NCBI RefSeq assembly: GCF_006345805.1
Contig: NC_042998.1
Location: 139,066,001-139,130,000, forward strand
Direction: 5' to 3'
Source of the DNA: Octopus sinensis
Taxonomy: Eukaryota
Length of the DNA: 64,000 nt
Part shown: in pieces, positions 40,807 to 52,427 of the stretch
How the letters are laid out: every line of letters begins with the position of its first letter
How positions within the stretch are numbered: position 1 is the first letter of the stretch
Translations under genes and position numbers: made by a program
The notes under the pieces: generated by a model
The model's database searches: none
What the model saw: the letters and a program-made list of their open reading frames with translations, nothing else
What the model was told of the DNA's origin: nothing

Positions 40807-41678
40807 CAGTATGTTGTGAATAAACTGTCATCTAAATTATGCAAAACTGAAAATAACACTGACATCTTATTTTAACATATATATTTACCAAAATTACATA
40901 AAAATATCTTGAAATACTAAAGAGTAAATTTATTCAATAAAATCACCATTGGCTTCAACCATGGCCTTCAGACGACTTTGGAATCTCCTGCAACTATTCT
41001 GGACGGTTTCCTTGTTTAAGTTGGTGAATGCTGACATAATCCTTGCCTTCAGTTCATCTTTGGTGTCACAAGGAGTTTTGTTGGTCTCTCACTCAACTGT
41101 GCCCCACACATAATAATCAAGGGAGTTGCAATCTGGGGAGTTAGGTGGCCAGATTTTAAGGGTGATGTGGTCTCAGAAATTGTCTGACAGCTATGACTGG
41201 ATTCTCCTGCTTGTGTGGCATAGTGCAGAGTCCTGTTGTGAGACATAGGGTCTTCCAGCAGTCATCCTCTTGACCCAGGGCAGCACAGCCTCCTCCAGGC
41301 ATTTGATGTAGGCCTCCGTGTTGAGTCTGAGGCCATGTGGGAAGATAAATGGAGGCATAATATCACCATTACTAGTGATTACTGCAAACACCATGATGTT
41401 GACTGGATGTTAAATTATTATCTCTCTCAGTACATGTCCTCAGATTGACACCCAAACACTCTGAAATGTTCATATTGGAGCTTCTGGCACAAATGCCAAG
41501 CAGTACAGTATGTTGTTTCCAAATTTCTGGCAGAGTGAATTGTATTGTGATGTTGTTTTTCTCACCAACAGTGCCCAACTAATCCTACTATAGCATGTAG
41601 GCAACAAAATCAAAAACAAACAATGCACATGCATGAAATTAAAAATATAAAATAGCGACAATTTACCCATCATAACCT

Positions 41679-41679
<1 letters not shown>
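40807..41679 (-). mobile_element. Internally deleted DD37D (maT-type) Tc1/mariner-superfamily transposon
   Basis: Manual translation QQDSALCHTSRRIQS*LSDNF*DHITLKIWPPNSPDCNSLDYYVWG gives 37 residues between the catalytic aspartates; degenerate CAG.../...CTG TIRs with TA at the right end. Confidence 0.82.
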
Positions 41680-41719
<40 letters not shown>

Positions 41720-41855
41720 AAATTTGTTTACAGGAAACATTTTGAATATGCAAATAAGCTCCTATTCTACTATGCCAGCTATAATCTAATGGTGCTGATT
41801 GGTAAGCAAATTTTTGGGGGTTGCACCGAGCTGTACCAATGTAATGTAAGATAAA

Positions 41856-42017
41856 TATAGTAATAATAACAATAATCCTTGGGTAGAATTTATAAATATT
41901 TTAATTCATCGCTACATGCATTTCCACAAATCACGTCTAAACATTGTGGAAATGTGTGTAGCAATGAATTAAAATATTTATAAATTCTACCCAAGGATTA
42001 TTGTTATTATTACTATA
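41856..42017. repeat. Palindrome with 74-bp arms (3 mismatches) and a 14-nt loop
   Basis: TATAGTAATAATAACAATAATCCTTGGGTAGAATTTATAAATATTTTAATTCAT... and its reverse complement. Confidence 0.92.
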
Positions 42018-42436
42018 CACACACGTACCAGAGAATGGGCTCCTTTTAGTTTCCATCTACCAAATCCAGTCATAAGGGCTATATTTGGAAAAAGTGAACT
42101 TGTTAACCACACACCTATTCCTTCACCTAATTGCTTGCAAATCTGTGAGTGGTTCGTTGCTTTCATTCTAGAATATATGTTTTGTGTTCAATGTCACCTA
42201 GATCTTTGTCATGACAGTTATGGATCCCTATAGCACCTCCATATTCTTCTCTGGTACTGATGCTGTCTTCCTTAATATAGAAACAGGGCTTGTACATGTA
42301 CTTGTGTGCTTATGTCTGTAATGTTCAGTTTTAGTAATCCCACTCTTTTACACGGACTTTGTGTTTGTTATACTTGCTATTGTCTTCTAAGAGATATAGT
42401 TGACTGGTTTTTTTTTCCATCTCTAATTTGTCTTAG

Positions 42437-42515
42437 GAACTGAACCGAACTTGTCGTCAAATGCAGCAGCGACTTGTAGACTTACTTGACCAAGTTGCCA
42501 ATGAGGAAGTCACAA
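42437..42515 (+). CDS. TOM1L2: TOM1-family GAT exon: ELNRTCRQMQQRLVDLLDQVANEEVT(S)
   Basis: Acceptor tttgtcttag, donor gtaagt; 79 nt, phase 0 to 1; resembles ELNRTCRAMQQR. Not in the ORF track. Confidence 0.95.
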
Positions 42516-42785
42516 GTAAGTTTATTTTATTTGTCACTAAATTGTTTATAATAAGCCAGTGCAAAGGGTTTTAAATGAACCAATTGACCCCACTATATAT
42601 ATTTTTTTCTTTGTCTTTTTAAGGCTGTAACTTAGCCTATTTTGCTGAACTGCTAAGTTATGGGGATGTTAACAAACCAACACCAGTTGTCAAGCAATGG
42701 GTTGCAAGTGACAAACACAATTACAAAGACACACACATCTATCTATCTATCTGTCTGTCTGTCTATCTTTCTAACTATCTATCTA

Positions 42786-42848
<63 letters not shown>

Positions 42849-43875
42849 CAGGCTTCCACTCAGTTTCCATCTACAAAATTCACTAAGAAAATATTGGTTG
42901 TCCTGCTGCTATGGCAGAAGACACTTGCTCAAGGTGCCGCATAGACGGACTGAACCTGAAACTACATGGCTTCCAAGCAAGCTTCTTACCCACACAACTA
43001 TGCCTGTGCAATGCCAGCAGTTATCAAGAAGTATGGTAGTTGTAGAGGTTGGCAGTTTCTTAGGCTGCTTATAAAAGAACTTTGCCAAAACAATATTGTC
43101 CTATAAAGTACAGCACATACTATATGTAGAATGTACAAGAAAGGGCTCTAAGACATGGATGGCAAACATTTATTTTCAGCTTTTGTTGTTTTCTTTTACT
43201 ATTAACTAGTAAAACTAGAAAAGGCAACTCCATCATCATTTTAATGTTCACTTTCCCTTGCTTGCATGGTTCAGATGGAGTTTATTGAGGTAGATTTTCT
43301 ATGGCCAGATACCGTTCCTGTTGCCAACCCTCATCTGTTTACAAACAAAGTAATATTCCCCTAGGGCCAGACATGTTTCCACAGAATATTGGAAATGAAT
43401 GACACTGCTTATGTAACATTATGTGATGTCAAAACAAGGAGGCAAACATTCTCTGTCTCTCTCTTTCTTGCATGTGCATGCATAGACACACACAAACATG
43501 GCTTCTTTACTGTCTACCAAATCCACCTACAAGGCTTTGCCCAGCTGATGGCTATAGTAGACGACACTTGCCCCAAAGTGCTGTGCAAAACAAACTTGTT
43601 AGCTTCACAGCCATGCTTGATCTGTGACTTGTCTGTGCCTATTAAGTTTATAATACATGTTACCAAAATCATACTATGAAAATCATCATCATAGTCATTT
43701 GCAAAACACCTAGTATTTTCTACTATAATGTCCTCCCTCTTTCTTTGCATTGTTTTGTATGTGAAATTTAATATGCTAGTGTTTGATTTAAATTCTTTGA
43801 GACTGGCCTTCTTTACGCCCTCTTCCCAGTTCTCTTTACTATCAGTTTGCAATTGTCTGGTTTCTTTAATTACAG

Positions 43876-44033
43876 GTGAATTATTACGGGTGAATGATGA
43901 CCTAAATAATGTATTTCTCCGTTATGAGAGATTTGAACGGTTTCGAGCTGGACAGACAGGTTCACAGACCACTGATGCAAGCAATACTCCACCTGTAACA
44001 CAAGACTCCTATCTTCCACCATCATATGAACAG
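43876..44033 (+). CDS. TOM1L2: TOM1-family GAT C-terminal exon: (S)[52 protein letters not shown]
   Basis: Acceptor ctttaattacag, donor gtaagc; 158 nt, phase 1 to 0; GAT motif [21 protein letters not shown]. Confidence 0.96.
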
Positions 44034-44785
44034 GTAAGCAAAACAAAACAGAGCAAAATGCAAAGTGATTTTTAATTTTCAGCAAATATTTCTTTCTACT
44101 ATTGGTACCAGGCCTGAAATCTTGTGGGAAGGAGCTAAGTCAGTTACATTGACCCAAGTACTCAACCTCAAAAGTACAAAATGCAAAACCAGAAGAAATG
44201 CTGCTGAACATTTTGTCCCACAAACTAATGATTCTGCCAGCTCACCACTTTTGATAATAATAGTTCTAAATTTTAGTACAAGGCTTGCAATATTTGGTGG
44301 AAGAGGGATATAGTGAATCACATCAACCCTGTTGTTCAACTGGTACTCTTTTATTGACCACAAAAGATTGGATAACAAAATCAACCTTGGTAACATTTGA
44401 ACTCAGATCATAAAGAGCTAGAAGAAATGTTACTAAGCATTCATTGTTATTTTCTCTTATTATAATAATAACACTCTCCTCATAAACCCACCAGTATGCA
44501 GAGACCCTACGTTTCAAATATATCAGTAAATTGTTTTTTGTTTTTTCTAGTCCACAGAATTAACTAATGAAGACATAAATTGAGTCTCAAAAACGTTAAT
44601 TCCACTTTTTCTTAGAATTGATAAATCCTAATATCACTGAGCTGGTCCATACAGATGACACTGAAATATCATTTTAATTATTTTCTCATTGTTCAAACTC
44701 TTCTTTCTCTAATTAAAAGAATAAATAAATAAATTATGAAAGAATGACTGGATTTGCACATCATAACTGACCAGACTACTACTAC

Positions 44786-45710
44786 GAAATCTTCATCCTT
44801 AGACGAATCCTCAAACACCGTTGGTGCTTTCAGCAAAAAACAGTCATCTGCTTTGTTGATTTTGCTGCTGCATTTGACTCCATCGATCGTGACACCCTCG
44901 TCATGCAAGCAGATGGTATCCCACCTAAACTTCTCAATCTTATCAATGCTTATTACCGCTCAACAAGATCCCACGTACACGTGTACGGTGAAGTGTCGGA
45001 ACTCTTCGAAATACGGTCTGGCATTTGGCAAGGATGTGTTCTTTCGCCGGCTCTTTTCAATTACGCCATCGACTGGATCACCACAAATGCATTAAGGGTG
45101 TTCCCAGGTGTCACTGTTTGTCACAATGTTTCCGTCAAGGATCTAGACTACGCAGATTACATTGCGATACTTGGCAAAACATTTGCTGACGTCCAGTTTG
45201 TTATCAATGAGCTCCAGCGTGTTGCATCGCAGATTAGTATGAAAATCAATGCTTCGAAGACCAAAATCCTCACAACCGGCTTCGCCCCCACCAGACAATA
45301 CACGTCCAGTGGCATCACTTTGTCTCCAACAATTTGGTGCGACACCAGTGCCAAATCACCTCCCTCCAACAAGTCATCCTAACAAGACATCTGCATTGGC
45401 TAGGTCATGCCCTCCATCGTCAACCAGGAGAATTCATCTACGAAACAATTGCCCCTGCTCCCCTTCAGGGTTGGCGAAAGCAATGTGGTGGACAACGAAA
45501 AACCTGGCTGATGACAGTCAAGGTTGATCTGGAACCCAACCTAGGCCCTCATGTCTACGGCGTTCACCGCTAGAATAAGGAGTGGTTAGAGATCACACGG
45601 TCGTTAGCCTCAAATTGCCAGGCCTGGTCGGCGTTTGTGAGAGATGCAGCATTGAGGATGAATGAAGCCAGCTCAACCCACCCCGGGTGAATGCTGTCTC
45701 AAGACAAGAA
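44786..45710 (+). mobile_element. 5'-truncated RTE-like LINE with target-site duplication
   Basis: FVDFAAAFDSIDR, GIWQGCVLSPALFN, LDYADY, KINASKTK, WLGHALH motifs; flanked by AGACTACTACT at 44773-44783 and 45711-45721; CpG-rich relative to the flanks. Confidence 0.88.
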
Positions 45711-46504
45711 AGACTACTACTGCAACATGGAAGAGATTCTGTACATGTGATTCAGCACCTATGTATTTGCAGTCAGCCATTACTCTCTCTCTCTCTCTCC
45801 CCTCCCCTTGGGAAACTTTCATTGGACTATAGAATTTTTCTTCCACTTAGTGCCAAAATATATCTATGACCACAATGTTAGGATTAAAATGTTTGACATT
45901 GGTTACAAAGTCATTTGGTTAAAACTGTTTCCGTCTTTGTATTAAGACTATTAAAAATGTTACTTATTTAATCGAACTAATATATATCTTGCCGGAAACA
46001 CATGCAGCTGTAAAAACTTGTGCTAAAATAATACAAATATTTGATTTGGGTGTGTGGGGTGGGGAATTGTATCTACATTAAATAAATAAATACTAGTGAA
46101 AATGTCTGAATCATCTTTTTGTCAAAACAAAATGCAATTAAGAAGTAGTTCAAATTAAATCATCTTCAACTGTTGTACAAGGCTGCAAGGTAACATCTGC
46201 ATATGTCACCTTTTCCTTAACACAGGATGTTTTTCTTTTTTTTTTTTTCTTATTTAATGTCATATCAGCTGGTAAAACCTGTAAATGTTGTTGAAGAGAA
46301 CCTACTTTGATCTTTGTAATACCAATCCATCTACAACCTATAATAATAATAATGAAATCCGTTTATAAGAAAATGACACTTGATAGCTACAAATTAATTC
46401 TAAGTGGAACAACACAACTGAATAGTTTATTTTGTAGTTTAGTGAATTCAAGTTGTTGAAACAATTGATAATTTCTGAATCATTTTCTCTTTTTTGTATA
46501 CCAG

Positions 46505-46613
46505 GTTCAGGCATCCAGTCAGTCTTCAAATGTTGGCAACCTTATTGATTTAGGTGAAGATGGTGCCCAGCAGACAGGACAGTCAGATATTCACACCCAG
46601 CTAGCAGGCATGA
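46505..46613 (+). CDS. TOM1L2: TOM1-family exon with clathrin-box-like motif: VQASSQSSNVGNLIDLGEDGAQQTGQSDIHTQLAGM(S)
   Basis: Acceptor tttttgtataccag, donor gttagt; 109 nt, phase 0 to 1; NLIDLG and QLAGM as in TOM1/TOM1L2. A second in-frame AG lies 6 nt downstream. Confidence 0.9.
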
Positions 46614-48482
46614 GTTAGTAGATTTCTCTCTTTTTTTTTCTTTCTTTTTTCCTCTTTTTTTGTCTGCTATTTATAAATATTCTGTTCAATACTTTGCTGA
46701 AAACCTTCTTCTCTGTCTGGGGAAAGGAAAGAATTTTTTTTATTGCGTATTAGCAGTCATGAAGGAGAATAAAAATATATACATTTCTTTCTTTCTTTTA
46801 CTGGTTTCAGTCATTTGACTGCCACCTTAATACATCTTCAAGAGCTATAAGTTGATTATATTAACCTGTTTTCAATCTCTGAGAAAGATGAACAGTAGAG
46901 TTGTTTTTTTGTAAAGGGAAATGACCAAGACAGATCAAGAATAAATACCATAGATTGAGGCACATCCCCCTCTTGATATATTTAGAAAATATTTTTAACT
47001 CCCCCACATACACACGTACATATCGGCACACACCACATATTTAATGATCTTCCACTTCATTTCCGTTTACCAACTCACAAACCTTTGCTTAACCAAAAGC
47101 ATTTGCCCAGTTAATGTACTGCAGATTGGGATCCAGTTTTGCCTACATACTGTATTTGTATTACAACAATGATTTAGGTTCTTCTTATGTCTGTTGTAAA
47201 AACAGTGCCAAGTGTGGTTGATACCAGTACTGCCTGACTGGCCCTCGTGCCAGTGGCACGTAAAAAACACCCCTACACTCTCGGAGTGGTTGGCATTAGG
47301 AAGGGCACCCAGCTGTAGAAACTTTGCCAGATCGGATTGGAGCCTGGTGCAGCCTTCTGGCTTGCCAACCGTCCACCCCATGCCAGCATGGAAAATGGAC
47401 ATTAAATGATGACAATGACGATGATATATATATATTGTGATTATCACAACTGTCTGACTAACAGTTACATGAAACTCTGAATAACAGTTTGTGAAGATTT
47501 CTTTTCAGCTTTAATAAACTCAAAGCTATTGTTGGGGGAAAAAAAAAAACTGTGCAAAGTGCCATGCAGTACGATTGAACCCAAAGCCATATGGTTGCAA
47601 AGTGAGCTAGCCCCTGCACCATGCCTATTTGATAGATGCTCTGTTTTTACAACAGACATAAGAAGAACCATGCTTGAATGATGCATTTTACGTGCAACTA
47701 GTACAAGACCAATATATATATATATGTAATATTTTGGACTAATGAGTATACTTCAATTAGTGTGCTGATGTGTGGAGTAAAGCACTAGCACAGTTATGGC
47801 TACCTGGTGTCATCCACAGTTAAAGTATATATCCTTTGGGTCTACTTCAGGAATTCTGCAGTGTTTGTTGAGATAATAATCAATTAACAGAAAATGGAAT
47901 TTGTATTGTGTACAACAGTCATTTCAACCCATCCTGCAACTGTCCTTTATGGGTGGGATGCTGTGCAAGATTGATGCAACATAGTATGATGCACAACATC
48001 CCTCCATAAAGGACAGTCACAAGATGTTTGTGTGTACATATGTGTATATCTTTTGCTGAAGGACATAAACATCAGTGTGATAACTGATCCTTTTTTTATG
48101 AGGTTCATTACAGTATTTGTTTTGCACTGAGCTAAAGGTACTCCCTTGTCACCATCAGAAATGCAATAAACCACTAGTTTGACCATTGGAAACTCTGTAA
48201 CCAATGATTTGTTGCTTTAAAAGCACTAATGTTAACAAATACACAAACAGGCATACATGCATGCATATTCCCCCCTCCCCCCTCCCCCCACCCCCACACA
48301 CACTGAGTCCAGGGTTAATGTTAGAACACGCTTGCCCAAGGTACTCTGCAGTAGAATTGAACTTGAAATCATGTGGTTGGGGGAAACAACCGTCTTAACT
48401 ACTCAACCACACCTTGGCCTCCGTATTATATATACATCATCTTCTTTTAAGGTTTGTTTCATTATCGTCTGAATATTTACAG

Positions 48483-48630
48483 GTTTGAATTCTGGCAGCA
48501 TAAGCAGCACACTTGGACAAATCAGCAGTACTACTGCAATGAATCGGTCTTCAACAGGCACACAGGATACAGAGTTTGATATGTTTGCCCAATCCAGACA
48601 ATCGTTTGATCAGAGTAGAAAGAATATGGG
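48483..48630 (+). CDS. TOM1L2: TOM1-family exon: (S)LNSGSISSTLGQISSTTAMNRSSTGTQDTEFDMFAQSRQSFDQSRKNM(G)
   Basis: Acceptor aatatttacag, donor gtaagt; 148 nt, phase 1 to 2; conserved FDMFAQ motif. Confidence 0.92.
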
Positions 48631-49234
48631 GTAAGTAATATCCATAGTGATCAAACAAGTATCTATCTATCTGGTTACACACTGTGAAATGGTTGCTGTT
48701 AGGAAGGTCATCTCTAGACATGGAAACCAGAGCTGACATGGAGCACAATGCAGTTCTGTGGCTCATCAAACTGCCTAACACCCATATCAGCATGGAAAAC
48801 AGACATTAAATGATGATGATAAATATATATATATATACTATACTAAAACTCAAAGTTTGTCTGTTTTCCTGCCCTCTAATTAAAATGATAAAGATTACAA
48901 ATAAAATAGTTATTTCCCCCTTTAAGAAAAAAAAATCAAGTTGAAAATGTCAATTTGTGACTTTAAAGTCATCACAGCAACCCCATCCATCGTTTTTTCT
49001 TACTTACTTTTTACTTCATTTTTTTCTTTTTTCCTTCATTTATACAACTTTTCTTCAATTATACAACTTTCAGAGTGCCATGAGTTGAAAGATCCAAATT
49101 CTCCTTATATTCTTCTGAGATATTTTTTTGCATCATGAGTACTTTTTTTTTTTTTTCCTTAAAGGAAAAATTACTATTTTATTTAAAATAAAATATTAAT
49201 CTTTATCATCTTAATCAAAAGACAGAAAGACTGA

Positions 49235-49600
49235 GACTGTCTCTTTGTAGATGAAGATCAGTTGCAATGGTAGGAGTTGAATCTCATAATGGAAAAACAA
49301 ACAACAAATGGCTTGTACCTTATAATGAAACTCTTTTAAGAGCATTCAAATTCCACTGCAACCTGGAAATCGTTGCTTTGGTAAGGTCACCAAGTACATG
49401 CTGAAAGGAAATGACCAAGCTGCTGTTCAAATAAACAATGATAACGAAATTAGTCAATATTTAATGGGTATGTGTATTGGACCATCTGAAGCAGTTGCAT
49501 ACATTTTAGGATTTTCAATTCATGAAAGAGCACCTGCATTAGTGAGATTGTAAGTTCATCAACGAGTTGAACAAAGAATACTGCTTAGAAATAATGAGGA
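49235..49600 (+). pseudogene. Helitron Rep (HUH endonuclease) fragment
   Basis: Manual translation NNKWLVPYNETLLRAFKFHCNLEIV / KYMLKGND...NEISQYLMGMCIGPSEAVAYILGFSIHERAPALVRL*VH follows the Helitron Rep pattern (WVVPYN, HINVE, KYxxKG, EAxWRIxGFxIH); one frameshift. Confidence 0.82.
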
Positions 49601-49635
49601 TATACATGGCTGTCAATGAACGATATGGAACAACA

Positions 49636-49866
49636 TTACTCTTTTACTTGTTTCAGTCATTTGACTGTGGCCGTGCTGGAGCACCGCCTTTAGTCGAGCA
49701 AATCAACCCCAGGACTTATTCTTTGTAAGCCTAGTACTTATTCTGTCGGTTTCTTTTGCCGAACTGCTAAGTTACATAAACATAAACACACCAACATTGG
49801 TTGTCAAGTGATGGTGGGGGGACAAACACAGACACACAAATACACACACACACACATATATATATA

Positions 49867-49921
<55 letters not shown>

Positions 49922-50076
49922 CCACATATACACACATACGAGTGGCTTCTTTTCAGTTTCTGTCTACCAAATCCACTCACAAGGCTATAGTAGGAGGCAC
50001 TTGCCCAAGGTGCCACACAGTGGGATTGAACCTGAAACCATGTGGTTGGGAAGCAAGCTTCTTACCGCACAGCCAC
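49636..50076 (-). mobile_element. tRNA-derived SINE, well-preserved copy with expanded internal (TA)n
   Basis: Same family as 40070-40452; retains several CpGs. Confidence 0.85.
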
Positions 50077-50956
50077 ATGTTTGCTTTTCCCATGCTGGCA
50101 TGAGTTTTCTTATCACAGCAAATGATCAAGGTAACATAGTGTGAGGTCTGTCTGGTTCGTGTTGTGTTAGGATTCTTACTAAAAGGAGTAAGAGATAAAT
50201 TACGAACAATTGCAGTTCTATAGAACTCTTGGATAAAATCTTCATTATTGAGTATTGAAGGAGTGGAGTGATTGTGTAAAAGGAGGTGCAATAAGAAAAA
50301 CATCTATTCTTATCCTTCTGTCATGCTTTAGTTTCTCAAGACTCAACATACCACCTACCCCTTTCAAATACTCTCCACATTTACTCAAGGGTTTTTTTCC
50401 CCTTTTCCCTATTCTTTCCTGTCTTACAAGTAACTTGGTGACCTCACTAGTGCTGGTAGCACAAAAAAAAAAACAGTACACACCATAGAATGTTTGATGT
50501 TGGAAAGGTGACATTTGGAGCTCAGTGCCACCCTGCAGTGTGCCAGATCCTGTAAAACCGTGCAAAACATAGAAAACAGATATTAAATGATAACAATAAA
50601 CTGACTCTCACCTGTGCTGGTGCCATGTAAAAATCATTCAGTCCACTCTGCAGGGTTGTTGGTGTTAGGAAGGGCATCCAGCCATAAAAACCTTGCCAAA
50701 ACAGACATAGTAGCCTGGTGTAGTCTTCTACCTGACTGGCTCCTGTCAAACCATCCAACCTATACCAGCATGGAAGACGAACGTTAAATGATGATGATAA
50801 TGATGATTGTTGAAAGACATGAATAAGGTATTATAGTTCAGTTAAAATTCATAAATATTCTTTAGGGAGTTATAGTTTGCATATTTTACAAAACCTCTAC
50901 TATTTATTTTCTTACTTTCTTACCCTAACACCAATTTTCGTTTCTGTTATTTCTAG

Positions 50957-51047
50957 AAATTCTGCTTACATCAATCAACAAGAGGACCAATTTCGGGGCA
51001 GTTTAGGACAAGCTGTATCCATGAAATCTCAAGTGAAAAATGGACAG
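50957..51047 (+). CDS. TOM1L2: TOM1-family exon: (G)NSAYINQQEDQFRGSLGQAVSMKSQVKNGQ
   Basis: Acceptor ttctgttatttctag, donor gtcagt; 91 nt, phase 2 to 0, fitting the upstream phase-2 intron. Loosely like the TOM1 Y-E-x-P-Q...GLAGAL segment. Confidence 0.85.
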
Positions 51048-52342
51048 GTCAGTTTGCTGCTTGCTAACCTTGCTATGTAGATTTGTAGATAGAAACATTT
51101 AGTGATATTGCTTAAAGCTTAACTTTGTATTCAGTCCATGTCTTGTTGAGATGGTTTTGTTTTTAGTCTCATTCCGTTATGTTTATCGCTCTCTTCTGAG
51201 CTTAAGCTTTCCATGTTTCTCATAGTTTAATTCGTTTGTTTGTTTTGTTCACTTATGTGTCCGTTTTCCCTTGCTAGCATCAGTTATATGAATATATTAT
51301 TGAAGCATTGTCTTATGATGCCAAATACTTCACCTGTCGATAAAGGATATCTTATTCCAGATATCTTTGAAGGCATAAAACCAGCAGGCAGCCCATTGAC
51401 AATGGAGATGACAGTATCGTCACTGCTCATAGATGAGTGAATATGACAGGGCTTCTTTCAGTTTCTGCCTACCAAATTATCTCACAAGGCTTTGGTTAGT
51501 CTAAGGCCATAGCAGAAGACATTGGCTCTAAGGCACTGTGCAGTGGAGTGAAACCCTAAGCCACATAGTTGGGAAGCAAACTTCTTAACTACACACTCCT
51601 GGATGCATCTATATTTGTGATTTTTCCTAAATTTATATTTTTTTAGCAGAGTCCTTTTTTTTGTTCTGTTATTTTAAATATGTCTATTCTTGTAGGTCTA
51701 CATTAATTGTAATTTGAAACTTGTGTGATGAGGATGCGTTTTGATAGATAATTTGATTTATTCATTTCGTATATTATCACTGATTACCTTTAGATTTCTA
51801 TCAGTATATATCCTGCCCTATTAACATTTTGGGGTTCCATCATAATTAACACCATGTGTCATTAACCCCTATTCTCTACGGCCCATCTAATATGCATCCT
51901 ATATTTCACATTGTTTTTGGACACAATGCATCAAAAGTTAAGAAATTTTAATATAACATATTTTCGGATCTCAAAATCTCAGTGTTAAAATCTTTCTTAG
52001 CCATCACTCACAAACAGGTATAATCTGGTAGCATGTACCATGGTTTTGCTAATTTTTTTAGGTGCCTATCTAGTCACAAACAGGCAACGGTACTCTTTTG
52101 CAGTAGATCATCAAGGAGGTGACAGCTGGAAGGAGAAAGAACTGCATCAATAGTACTGATTTTCTGCAGAGTTGGTCAATGTGAAATGAAGTGCTCTTAA
52201 GCAAGACACTTTGTTTTATCACTGCCAGGTCCAGGAATTGAATCCACAGCCTTATGATCATGAGCTCAATATCCTAACCACTTGGCTATGTGCCTTCACA
52301 GAAAATTATATTATAATATACTAGTGGGTTAATAATTAGAGG

Positions 52343-52427
52343 TGTCGTTATACATGTAGAATATATATATATCATCATGATGATGATGATGATGATGATA
52401 TATATATATTCTACATGTATAACGACA
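52343..52427. repeat. Palindrome with perfect 36-bp arms around (GAT)n
   Basis: TGTCGTTATACATGTAGAATATATATATATCATCAT / ATGATGATATATATATATTCTACATGTATAACGACA. Confidence 0.9.

Noticed and set aside
51240-51440. ORF or alternative exon downstream of exon 50957-51047
   Set aside because: Phase-0 entry at the available acceptors hits early stops, with no donor or TOM1 similarity.
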